Assembly: GCA_963713615.1 (NCBI GenBank)
Contig: CAVQMM010000001.1
Span: forward strand, 3,360,001 to 3,424,000
Length of the DNA stretch: 64,000 bases
Direction of reading: 5' to 3'
Source of the DNA: an uncultured Chlamydiae bacterium
Lineage (GTDB): Bacteria > Chlamydiota > Chlamydiia > Chlamydiales > JAJFMA01
Shown here one piece after another: positions 27,276 to 36,673 of this stretch (position 1 is its first letter; each line of letters starts with the position of its first letter). Below the pieces are notes generated by a model. It did not search any database. It saw only the letters and a program-made list of their open reading frames with translations, and was not told the DNA's origin. Made by a program: the position numbers and the translations under genes.

Positions 27276-28187
27276 ATGTCAGATCCTAATAATCCTCTTA
27301 CAGGTGCAGGATTGGGAAACCAAAATGTATCCAGTACGTCCCGTACCCAATCAGGAAGACCCACAAGAAATGTGGAGAACAAAGAAAAATTTAAAAAACT
27401 GGTAGATCGTCGCACCAATAGCGTGGATGATGAAGAAGAAACCGATGACGTCGCTGTGGCAGACAACAGTTCAATCTTTGACCTAGCAGCAAAACAAACC
27501 GCTCAGGAGCAAGAAGAGGCTCCGCCAGCACAGCAGCCGATGTCTCCTTTTGATCTCATAGCTAGAGCCCCTGCTAAGAAAGCCAAAAGCGCTGGCATGA
27601 GCCGTGGAGATGCCGCCGATATCTCTGGTCTAGCAGCTCGAGCAGAGACGGACAAATTGCAGAGTGACGCAACAAAAGCTCGTAGCTTCGCGCAGGTGCG
27701 CGATGACCTAAGCTCTGTCAATCCAACCACCCAGTTCACAGTTAGCAATGTGTCAGCCTCTGTAGATGCTGCTGTCTCAAAATCCCCCGTGACATCTCAA
27801 ACACTCATTGACCAAATAGTAGACAAGTTATACACCGTAAAGACGGGTGATGTAACTGACACGATAATGACGATAAAAAATCCTCCAGTCTTTGCCGGAA
27901 GCCAATTAGTTGTCACCTCCTATGACACTGCAAAGGGTGAGTTCAATATTGCATTTACCAATCTGACGCAGGAAGCTAAGACATTGTTGGATAGCCAACA
28001 TGCCAATTTAATGAATGCCCTGGTGCAAAGAGGTTACGTTGCACATATCGTTGTTACGACTACCGAACCCTATGCTCAGGTGATGGTCCAGAACAGCGAT
28101 TCGCAGATGAGTGATGGACAACTTCCAGGTGAAACCATCGAACAATTTAGAAAACGCCAGCGCGACGAAGAACGTGAACAGGCATAA
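27276..28187 (+). CDS. cdsP: Needle-length ruler CdsP/SctP (CT671-like)
   Basis: Disordered N-terminus, C-terminal alpha/beta domain; between cdsO and cdsQ; AGGAG RBS. Confidence 0.75.
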   Translation: MSDPNNPLTGAGLGNQNVSSTSRTQSGRPTRNVENKEKFKKLVDRRTNSVDDEEETDDVAVADNSSIFDLAAKQTAQEQEEAPPAQQPMSPFDLIARAPAKKAKSAGMSRGDAADISGLAARAETDKLQSDATKARSFAQVRDDLSSVNPTTQFTVSNVSASVDAAVSKSPVTSQTLIDQIVDKLYTVKTGDVTDTIMTIKNPPVFAGSQLVVTSYDTAKGEFNIAFTNLTQEAKTLLDSQHANLMNALVQRGYVAHIVVTTTEPYAQVMVQNSDSQMSDGQLPGETIEQFRKRQRDEEREQA

Positions 28188-28216
28188 CAGTAAGCATAAT
28201 TCGGGAACAAAGACAC

Positions 28217-29389
28217 GTGGTAACTACTTCTAGCAAACCCTTCAACTGGCTACGGGTTATTGAGCCCGAGACCGTCAAACTCCAAGATATGTCGGCTACC
28301 GGTGGACCGGAAGCCTTTTCTTGGTCCGCACTTACCCAACAGCTTAGTCAGCGTTTTGAGATCCCAGATCTCTCCGTAACTGCCAGCTCAATTAAATGGG
28401 AAACCGAGAAAGAGATCGCCAGCATTCTGGGCAAGCATACGAACATGCTCACCTTTAACCTGGAAGGTCTCCCAGGCAAGGCCATCTGGACCATGTCGGA
28501 CCAAGATATCGCCAAACTCATGTCAGCACTGCTGCTTAAGTCTCCAACCCCTCTGGACTACACCGATAAAGACTTCCAAGCTGGCTTCTACCGCTTTTTG
28601 GGCATCGCCATCACCAGCACTCTATCAAGCTTAGGCTTTCAGGGCGACTATGCCCTATCGTTAATAGATAGCGATGGATTCCCAAAAGGCTCTGGGATGG
28701 CTTTGGAAATCGATATCAAGCTATGTCAAACGACCATTAAAGGTCACGTAGTCGCTAGCGAAGACCTCATCAAAGTCTGGAAAGAGCGCTTTATTGGCTC
28801 AACAGGCCAAATGAGCATGGATCCCGCCCTTGTTCAAGACGTTGAAATCCTCGTACAGCTAGAAGTCGGTAAGGTTACCCTCCCACGATCACAGCTAAAA
28901 AGCATCCACATAGGTGATTTCATTATCCTGGACTCCTGTACAGTGCTTCCTGGTGAAGATAAAGGACGTGTGATGTTAACTGTCCGTGGCAGCCCCATCT
29001 TTCGTGGTATGCTCAAGGAAAATAGAATTAAAATTTTGGAATACCCCCTATACCATAAGGTAGAAACACCCATGGACCAAGACAAAAACCTGGAGTTCGA
29101 TGCCACTGTCGAAGACGATGACGTAACTTCTGAAGCGACCGAACAAGTTGGAGAAGCTCCATCGATGGCCGAACGTGCTAAAGATATCCCAGTAACCATT
29201 TCAGTAGAAGTTGGTCGCTTGCATATGAAGCTCGAAAAGCTCATGCAGCTACAGCCCGGACAGCTTCTTGAGTTAGAAGTCAACCCAGAGGAAGGTGTCA
29301 ACCTTGTCATCAATGGCCAATGCATGGGCAAGGGCGAGCTCCTCAGACTTGGTGAAGTACTAGGCGTTCGTGTTCTGGAGCTCGGCTAA
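28217..29389 (+). CDS. cdsQ: T3SS C-ring protein CdsQ/SctQ
   Basis: Two SpoA/FliN-like domains; GKGELLRLGEVLGVRVLELG. Confidence 0.93.
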   Translation: MVTTSSKPFNWLRVIEPETVKLQDMSATGGPEAFSWSALTQQLSQRFEIPDLSVTASSIKWETEKEIASILGKHTNMLTFNLEGLPGKAIWTMSDQDIAKLMSALLLKSPTPLDYTDKDFQAGFYRFLGIAITSTLSSLGFQGDYALSLIDSDGFPKGSGMALEIDIKLCQTTIKGHVVASEDLIKVWKERFIGSTGQMSMDPALVQDVEILVQLEVGKVTLPRSQLKSIHIGDFIILDSCTVLPGEDKGRVMLTVRGSPIFRGMLKENRIKILEYPLYHKVETPMDQDKNLEFDATVEDDDVTSEATEQVGEAPSMAERAKDIPVTISVEVGRLHMKLEKLMQLQPGQLLELEVNPEEGVNLVINGQCMGKGELLRLGEVLGVRVLELG

Positions 29390-29401
29390 TGGAAATTCCT
29401 T

Positions 29402-31012
29402 ATGGCTAAGCCAGACTTTCATAAAAATCACACTCTCCCAGGCGCTCAGGTTACCCCCAAAGATGCACGCCCCTCCGATCCCTTGCCGAAAGTCATCGGC
29501 ACTTATTCCGTCGAGAACCTCTACCGCGAAGGTGGCATGTGCCTCCTCTATCTAGCAACACACCCAGTGACTAAAGACCCGGTGATCATTAAGACCCTTA
29601 AACCACATCTACGTGGCAATCAAGAGATCATAAGAAAGTTCAATAACGAAGCTAAAATCCTCAAACTCGCCGACCACCCCAACATCGTTTCTGTCTATGA
29701 CTATGAAGAATGGGAAGGCGGTCTTTATATTGCCCTCGAGTTTATTCAAGGCGAATCCCTTCACAGTGTTATAGAGAATAATCCCGTTTCCCTTCGTAGG
29801 GCTGTGGAGATCATTCTCGAAATCGCCTATGCCTTGTGCCATCTACACACCTTAGGAGTTATTCACCGGGACCTCAAACCCGAAAACATCCTCGTCACCG
29901 ACCAAAATACCATCAAGTTGATAGACCTCGGTGTTGCCCAGATGCTATCAGAAGCTGAACAGAAGCCTGGACCGCCAGCCCGCCCCCCTTTGCTAGTGGG
30001 AACCCCCATCTACATGAGTCCTGAGCAGCACACCAATCCCGATTTGGTTTCCTATGCCTCGGACATCTATTCATTGGGAATCATTGCCTATGAGTTGGTG
30101 CTGGGCAAACTCAGTCATGGACAAATCCACCTCGCCCTCATGCCGAAAGGACTACAAAAAATCATCGCTAAAACCCTACAACCGCGACCGGAAGACCGCT
30201 ATCACGATGTTGTGGACTTTATCACAGCATTGTCGGGATACCTCAATTCGGCATCAGTAGAAAAAGAGCGCAAAAGCGCTGACCTCTTGAGTGAGTTATC
30301 CGAGCACTTGCAGCAGGCCCAAGCGGTACTACTGCCCAGCCAACCCCCTCAGTGGCCTGAAGTCGATATTGGAGTGTCTCATTACAAAGGAGTGGGCATT
30401 GGAGGCATCTACTACGACTTTTTTGCATTACCAGATGGCAACTATGGCGTTGTTATGGCTGAACCAAGCGCTAAAGGCGTTGAGGGTGTTCTTTATACCG
30501 CGGTATTGCGAGGAATGGTTCGCACACTATGTCGTCTAACCACGCAGCCAGCTAATCTCATTACGTTCCTCAATGACCTAATCGTTCGAGACGCTACCAA
30601 CAAGGTATTTTGGCTCAGTTACCTGTTACTATCGTCGCGTACCAACCAACTCTATTTTACGTCCTGCGGACCATCAAAGCTGTGGTTATTGCCACACGAC
30701 GGTACTGCACCTCGAAAAATTGAAGCTGACAATCCAGCCTTAGGCATTAAGCTCTTCTCGGAATTCACAGAGACCTGCATTCCCTGGAACATCGGTGACC
30801 TCTTATTTTTGCATAGCACAACCGTGTGCAATCCAAATACTGATGTTGACGTAGCCATGGATGAGGCAAGCTTTGCTGAAAGCCTGCGCACATTTTCTGA
30901 TCTGCCCACCCAAAAACACGCCGAAGCCATCCTGCGGAAAGCTACTGCAACGGAGCGACCTCAGCTAGAACGTCGTTTACTATGCCTCGTGGGGCTCCGT
31001 CGCCTCCGATAG
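29402..31012 (+). CDS. pkn5: Ser/Thr kinase Pkn5-like with degenerate SpoIIE/PP2C-like C-terminal domain
   Basis: IHRDLKPEN, LIDLG, GTPIYMSPEQ, SDIYSLG; follows cdsQ. Confidence 0.88.
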   Translation: MAKPDFHKNHTLPGAQVTPKDARPSDPLPKVIGTYSVENLYREGGMCLLYLATHPVTKDPVIIKTLKPHLRGNQEIIRKFNNEAKILKLADHPNIVSVYDYEEWEGGLYIALEFIQGESLHSVIENNPVSLRRAVEIILEIAYALCHLHTLGVIHRDLKPENILVTDQNTIKLIDLGVAQMLSEAEQKPGPPARPPLLVGTPIYMSPEQHTNPDLVSYASDIYSLGIIAYELVLGKLSHGQIHLALMPKGLQKIIAKTLQPRPEDRYHDVVDFITALSGYLNSASVEKERKSADLLSELSEHLQQAQAVLLPSQPPQWPEVDIGVSHYKGVGIGGIYYDFFALPDGNYGVVMAEPSAKGVEGVLYTAVLRGMVRTLCRLTTQPANLITFLNDLIVRDATNKVFWLSYLLLSSRTNQLYFTSCGPSKLWLLPHDGTAPRKIEADNPALGIKLFSEFTETCIPWNIGDLLFLHSTTVCNPNTDVDVAMDEASFAESLRTFSDLPTQKHAEAILRKATATERPQLERRLLCLVGLRRLR

Positions 31013-31044
31013 CCCACCTCCAGAAGTATTTGAGCTGCTTTCCT

Positions 31045-31169
31045 GTGGCGCAGTCATTCCATGACTGCGAGAGAACGGTTGAAACAGATTCCGTTTGCAT
31101 CACATGGGACGCTTGTTTTGCACGCCTCCACAATTGCAACGGATTGTTCGCAGTCATGGAATGACTGCG
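31045..31169. repeat. Family C REP doublet (GTGG-CGCAGTCA-TTCCA-TGACTGCG), copy 1
   Basis: Inverted pair around a spacer shared with 35950-36040 and 39551-39696. Confidence 0.9.
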
Positions 31170-31181
31170 AAATCCTTCCTG

Positions 31182-31728
31182 GCATATACCATGGCGATGC
31201 CACATAGGCCTCAACCTAAGCCTAACAATCGTATCTCGGCGCGCAGCGCTTTGGAGTGCGGTCGCTTGCGACCGCTTTGGGTTCCTTGCGACGGTCGTGT
31301 GCAACGGCATTACTATAATTCCCTAAGGGTAAAATAGTTAGTACATGCAGCCTTCGACGAATCCATACAATGCCGTTTAGCATTGCCGTCCCAAGGAACG
31401 AAAAGCGGTCGCAAGCGACCGCACTCCAAAGCGCTGCGCGCCGAGATACGATTGTGAAGTCCTAAGTCATTGAGATATAAGCTCAAAAGACCTGTTAGGT
31501 TGAGGCCTATGTGGCGATGCCATGGCCTGTTGCAATATCGACCCTTCGGGCCTGGGAAGGGAATGGGTTCTCTCTTCGCTGGCATTCGAGTTTCAGGAAA
31601 TTGATTTGGGAAAATCGGACTTCTGCAATTACCTCATGATGTCCATTACGAGGTAATTGCAAAATTATGGGAGCCCTTGAGGATCGACTCTAGGGAAAAA
31701 AGCTTACCTTTTTTGCGAGAAGGCGAAT
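31182..31728. repeat. Rearranged copy of the 8201-8897 composite, including family B core 31199-31515
   Basis: Core is direct and flanks are inverted relative to the 8.2-kb copy; two TIR ends separated by 14 bp at 31636-31649. Confidence 0.88.
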
Positions 31729-31742
31729 GGAATGACTGAACG

Positions 31743-31995
31743 CGCATTGAATATGATCCAGCAGGACGCCTAAGGACGACGATAAAGCCTGATGGAATAG
31801 TTCTGACCCATTCCTACGATCCTTTTGGACGTTTGATTGAAATGACCTCATCTGATCAAACCGTGGCTAATCAATATAGCTACGACGCAAACGGAAATGT
31901 GGTATGTGTTGCAGACCTTCGGAATAACACGACGACAAAACGCTCTTACGATGCCTGGAATCGGATCTTGACAGAACAGTTAGCTAACGGCCATT
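31743..31995 (+). pseudogene. RHS/YD-repeat protein fragment
   Basis: RIEYDPAGRLRTTIKPDG..HSYDPFGRL..YSYDANGNV..RSYDAWNRI; no proper start or RHS core end. Confidence 0.85.
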
Positions 31996-32128
31996 GCTTG
32001 CATGTCTCTTTAAAATCGGCATGTGTGAGCTTGCTCTTTTTTTCTCGTATCCGAAGCGCGCTTTCTTCACCTGATTTCAGGGCTATGGTTGTCTCTCTGC
32101 CTTAAATACATTGTCTTGGATGAGTTTT

Positions 32129-32599
32129 CTATCCAAGGGATTTTTGATAGATAAATATGCTATGCTTAACACTACCTGGAATAGTTCTATTCTCAAGAGT
32201 TTTGATCAGTTCTTTCACTCTCTCAGTATAATGCAGATTTCGAAACTCTTTTTCTATTAAAAGGACATTTAGATATAAATTTAAACATAGTAATCTTGAT
32301 TTTTCAGATAGATCTTCATATTGCTTGGCTTCGCATATCAATGCCATCTCATAAATTAAATCCGCGCAGACAATGGCTCGTTCTGTATCTAGATATTTTG
32401 TACCCCCTTTAAAATGCTCTAGGATTTGATCTGGTGACATCTCTAAGAGGACAGTCATATCTGTTTGTAAATAACGTTGACTAGCGTTTTGAATTTGATG
32501 AAGTGCTTCCTCATAATGCTCTGCCTTTCTTGCTGTAATAATAGCTACAAGCGCCTGAACAAATTGTTCGATAATCCTGAGTATATAGTCTCTATTCAT
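32129..32599 (-). CDS. DUF6483-like helical protein
   Basis: N-terminal RDYILRIIEQFVQAL signature. Confidence 0.65.
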   Translation of the reverse strand: MNRDYILRIIEQFVQALVAIITARKAEHYEEALHQIQNASQRYLQTDMTVLLEMSPDQILEHFKGGTKYLDTERAIVCADLIYEMALICEAKQYEDLSEKSRLLCLNLYLNVLLIEKEFRNLHYTERVKELIKTLENRTIPGSVKHSIFIYQKSLG

Positions 32600-32872
32600 G
32601 ATCAATCCGGCTTTTGGGGGAAATTGGGAGCTCTTTTCATCAGCGATTAGTGGACTAAAACCCTGTCTCCGAATCGCATATCGCAAGTGAGGATCGACTG
32701 GCCTGTAGCTCAGCTTGATGTTGTTTGGCTCTTTTCCAGTAGCTTAGCAGCGCATCATCGAATGATTGGTGATGTAGGTCGGCATACCCATCATCACACT
32801 CAAGTCAGTATTTAGAGAGTCTAAAGATGTCAGAAAATCAGCCTCTTGACAAGCGTTAAGTGAAGGTCCATC

Positions 32873-32928
32873 CGCAGTCATGGAATGACTGCGCCACACC
32901 GGAAGCCTCGTTTTGGGGCTCCAAAGCG
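32873..32928. repeat. Family C single REP plus flank, copy 2
   Basis: CGCAGTCATGGAATGACTGCGCCAC followed by a flank inverse to 35892-35950. Confidence 0.85.
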
Positions 32929-32960
32929 AAGACTAACAGTAAGAAAAACAAACGACTGTG

Positions 32961-35615
32961 TCATAACCAAAAGTGAAATCTTCGAATAAACCATATCTTA
33001 ACAATTTGTACTAATGCACAGTAACTAATCAATGTAGCTACCAACCAATAATAAAAATTTCCGGGTAGTGGAACAAAGCCTAGGCTTGCTCCCACATTTG
33101 TGTAAGGAAGGTAGATGCCAATCGCCATAATCACTGTCGTGGTTGTAAGGAGTGGTAACGAGGCGATACTTTGGATAAAAGGGATTTTCTGTGTTCTAAT
33201 CATATGCACAATCAAGGTCTGAGATAAAAGCCCTTCCACGAACCATCCTGATTGGAATAAGGCCTGATTTGCAACTGAATTAGCGGCAAAGACATACCAT
33301 AACACTGCAAAAGTCGTATAATCAAAAATGGAACTGATCGGTCCAATGAAAAGCATAAATTTTGCTATTCCACTGGGATCCCATTTGCGCGGTTTCTTCA
33401 GGAACTCACGGTCGACATTGTCAAAAGGAATGGTAAGTTGTGAAAAGTCGTAAAGCAGATTTTGCACCAGCAACTGCAAGGGCATCATGGGTAAAAAAGG
33501 AAACAGGGCGCTTGCTCCCAATATGCTGAAAACATTGCCGAAATTTGAGCTGACGGCCATCTTGATATATTTAATAATATTTCCAAATGTCTTGCGTCCT
33601 TCAACGACCCCGTCCTTCAAGAATAACAGGCTTTTTTCTAGCATGATGATATCTGCAGACTCTTTAGCAATATCTACGGCGGTATCGACCGAAATCCCAA
33701 TATCTGCCTCTTTTAAGGCAGGCGCATCGTTAATGCCATCACCTAGAAAACCTACTGTATGACCATTAGCTTTGAGCATTGAAATAACCCTAGACTTATG
33801 CAAAGGGGAAAGTTTTGCAAAAATGGTTGTGTCATCAACCTGCGTGCGAAGCTCGGCATCACTTAATACTTCGATTTCAGGACCGTTTAAGACTTTATCT
33901 ACTTTTAATCCCACCCACTTACAAATTTTCCTTGTGACAATTTCATTGTCGCCTGTTAAGACCTTCACCTGAATATTCAATATCTGTAATTCTTCAATAG
34001 CTTTCTCAGCGGATTGCTTGGGAGGATCCAGAAAGGCCAAAAAACCCATCAGGATTAGAGAATGTTCATCCTTAACCTTATATTCCTTGTTAGCTTCTGC
34101 CGGAATTTCTTTGTAAGCTACTCCCAAGACGCGCAGTCCATCTTCATTCATTTCATCGACCAAACGCATTGCCTGCTGCTTTATTTGATCTGTCAATGGC
34201 ATGACATCCCCATTAGATCTTGCAAAGCTACAGACATTGATCATTTCCTCAACTGCGCCTTTGCAAATCAGCAGATGTTGTTGCGGGGATTTTTCAACGA
34301 CCACTGACATCCTTCGTCTAATGAAATCGAAAGGAATTTCATCAATTTTGCGGAACGCCTGCCCAATATGCATTTGTTTCTTAATTTCCGCATGTTCTAA
34401 TACCGCTGAATCCAAAAGGTTCTTTAAGCCGGTCTGGTAGTAACTGTTGAGATAGCCATACTGCAAAACTTCTTCATTCTCTCCTCCTTCAAGACTTAAG
34501 TGCTTTTCAAGAATAATGCGATCCTGAGTTAACGTCCCTGTCTTGTCCGTACATAAAATATTCATCGCGCCAAAATTCTGAATAGAATTTAGTCGCTTGA
34601 CCACTACCTTGCTGCGCGACATTTTTACAGCACCACTAGCCAAGTTGGCTGTGACGATCATGGGTAGCATTTCCGGAATTAAGCCTACAGCGACAGACAA
34701 CGCGAAGAGGAGAGCCTCAAACCAATTCCCTTTTGTAAAGCCATTGATCAGCAATACAATCGGCACCATGACAAACATGAAGCGTATCAATAGCCATGAC
34801 ACCTTATTGATGCCAATATCAAAACTTGTAGGGGGACGATTACCGGAAATATTTTTAGCGATTGAACCAAAAAAAGTATTATTTCCTGTGGCGACGACTA
34901 CAGCTACAGCCGTACCGTTAAGAACATTTGTACCATAGAAACACATGTTAGGCATTTCAATGAGATTGGTGAATTGGGGGTCTTTTTGCAGTGGTAGATC
35001 GTATTTCTCTATGGGCATAGATTCCCCTGTAAGAGAAGACTGACTGACGAATAATTCTTTTGAAGAAATTAGACGTACATCTGCAGGGAGCATGTCACCA
35101 GCCGAAAGAAAAATAATATCCCCTGGCACAATCTCCTTTATAGGAACTTCGAATTTCGTTCCTTCAGATAGCCTATCTCCGCGTCGGATGACGGTGGCGT
35201 TGGTACTGACCAAGGCTTTAAGCTTCTCGGCAGCAATATGAGAGCGCAATTCTTGAATAAAGCGAATGCCGACACTTAGGAGAACCATGACAAGAATAAT
35301 TAACATGCCGTCGAGATCATCAAGGAAATATGACAACATCCCTAATGCAGATAGCAAGAGGTTAAATGGATTGAGATAACTCCTAAACAGAAGTTGATAC
35401 CATGATGGGGGCCGTTCGTAGGATATTTCGTTTAACCCATATTTTTCTAAGCGCTCCTGAACATCACTACCTACCAATCCCCTTTCATCAGTTTCCAATT
35501 CCATAAAAATTTCAGGAATGATCTTGTGTGCATAGGCCAAAAGATTTTGCGAAATTTTTATTTCTGAATGGTTATCTTTCGTCTTTCGAAATAATGAAAA
35601 GAGGGGCTGCAACAT
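32961..35615 (-). CDS. mgtA: Magnesium-translocating P-type ATPase
   Basis: LTGES, IPEMLPMIV, CTDKTGTLT, GLKNLLD, GDGINDAPAL, SSNFGNVFS. Confidence 0.96.
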   Translation of the reverse strand: MLQPLFSLFRKTKDNHSEIKISQNLLAYAHKIIPEIFMELETDERGLVGSDVQERLEKYGLNEISYERPPSWYQLLFRSYLNPFNLLLSALGMLSYFLDDLDGMLIILVMVLLSVGIRFIQELRSHIAAEKLKALVSTNATVIRRGDRLSEGTKFEVPIKEIVPGDIIFLSAGDMLPADVRLISSKELFVSQSSLTGESMPIEKYDLPLQKDPQFTNLIEMPNMCFYGTNVLNGTAVAVVVATGNNTFFGSIAKNISGNRPPTSFDIGINKVSWLLIRFMFVMVPIVLLINGFTKGNWFEALLFALSVAVGLIPEMLPMIVTANLASGAVKMSRSKVVVKRLNSIQNFGAMNILCTDKTGTLTQDRIILEKHLSLEGGENEEVLQYGYLNSYYQTGLKNLLDSAVLEHAEIKKQMHIGQAFRKIDEIPFDFIRRRMSVVVEKSPQQHLLICKGAVEEMINVCSFARSNGDVMPLTDQIKQQAMRLVDEMNEDGLRVLGVAYKEIPAEANKEYKVKDEHSLILMGFLAFLDPPKQSAEKAIEELQILNIQVKVLTGDNEIVTRKICKWVGLKVDKVLNGPEIEVLSDAELRTQVDDTTIFAKLSPLHKSRVISMLKANGHTVGFLGDGINDAPALKEADIGISVDTAVDIAKESADIIMLEKSLLFLKDGVVEGRKTFGNIIKYIKMAVSSNFGNVFSILGASALFPFLPMMPLQLLVQNLLYDFSQLTIPFDNVDREFLKKPRKWDPSGIAKFMLFIGPISSIFDYTTFAVLWYVFAANSVANQALFQSGWFVEGLLSQTLIVHMIRTQKIPFIQSIASLPLLTTTTVIMAIGIYLPYTNVGASLGFVPLPGNFYYWLVATLISYCALVQIVKIWFIRRFHFWL

Positions 35616-35891
35616 GGCTTATAAATACTCCGACGATGTTTTTGGAATATTCATGATAATCTGCTTTTTTGATCTGAGGCTGAAATTTCAATTTCAGACT
35701 GTCCTATACCGTGCGTGGTATAAATGCAGAGAGCCCTGCTTTTGTGACATACGATTCATGAAGGGGTAAAAGATCATTCTTTTGTTCAAGCGCATAAGCA
35801 GGCCTTTCTTCTTACAGGCATGCACTGAGCTCTCTTTTTATGACAAGGAATTTTTATTTGAAGAAAAAAGGTTCTTGGGAACAATTGGAGC

Positions 35892-36124
35892 CGCTTTGGA
35901 GTCCCAACCGATTGCGTCGCCAATATCCGAAGGTAACGAGGCTTCCTATGTGGCGCATTCATTCCATGGTTGCGAGAACGGTTGAAACAGATTCCGTTTG
36001 CATCACATATTGGTCCGCAGTCATGGAATGACTGCGCCACATAGGAAACCTTGTTACTTTCAGATATTGGTAACGCAGTCGGTTGGCGCTTCTGAATGCG
36101 TCAAATTTAACCACGCGTGGTATA
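35892..36124. repeat. Family C REP doublet copy 3 with extended arms, joined to a family F half
   Basis: Arms ~35905-35974 and ~36016-36085 are inverse; 36094-36124 matches 56364-56393. Confidence 0.88.
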
Positions 36125-36577
36125 TAACTTCATTCCCTCATGACTCGCAACAAAACCGAGCCGTTCATAAAACTCTTTCGCTCGAGCACGTTTTTTGTTT
36201 GTGGTTAGTTGTAGAAGCGAAACACCATTGGCTTTGCCATATTCGATCGCGGCACCCAGCATCTGTGTACCGATTCTATGACCTCGATGTTCTTTGGATA
36301 CGCGTACAGCCTCAATCTGCATTCTCGTGGAACCCCTGAACGTAAGAGAAGGCATAATAGTCAGGTGACATGTTCCAACTATTTTGTCGTCCATGATCGC
36401 CAGCATAAGGAATTGATTCGGGTCCGCATCGATTTTATGGAATGCATCAATATAGCACTGGTCTAGACCCCCTGTATGCTGTTCTCGTGTTTTGCCTAGA
36501 TCATCTTCGATTAACAAGTTAATGATGGCTTGGAGATCGTTGACAACAGCTTTTCGAAAATAGAGGCTTGTGTTCAT
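36107..36577 (-). CDS. GNAT-family N-acetyltransferase
   Basis: QIEAVRVSKEHRGHRIG, QLTTNKKRARAKEFYERLGFVASHEGMKL. Confidence 0.9.
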   Translation of the reverse strand: MNTSLYFRKAVVNDLQAIINLLIEDDLGKTREQHTGGLDQCYIDAFHKIDADPNQFLMLAIMDDKIVGTCHLTIMPSLTFRGSTRMQIEAVRVSKEHRGHRIGTQMLGAAIEYGKANGVSLLQLTTNKKRARAKEFYERLGFVASHEGMKLYTTRG

Positions 36578-36673
36578 GCAGATTCCGATTGTTCTAAGGC
36601 CTGAGGGCATTTATGTATTATAAAAATAGCTGAACTGTTGAGATAATTTGGCACATGCAGGCATACTCTTAGC

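Noticed and set aside
31743..32599. RHS toxin-immunity pair
   Set aside because: The fragment lacks the DPxG core end and any toxin domain; the neighbour is on the opposite strand
35619..35654. 11-codon uORF (MNIPKTSSEYL) before mgtA as an MgtL-type leader, or an Mg riboswitch
   Set aside because: Only one Pro, it ends 3 bp before the start, and no recognisable attenuator or M-box structure
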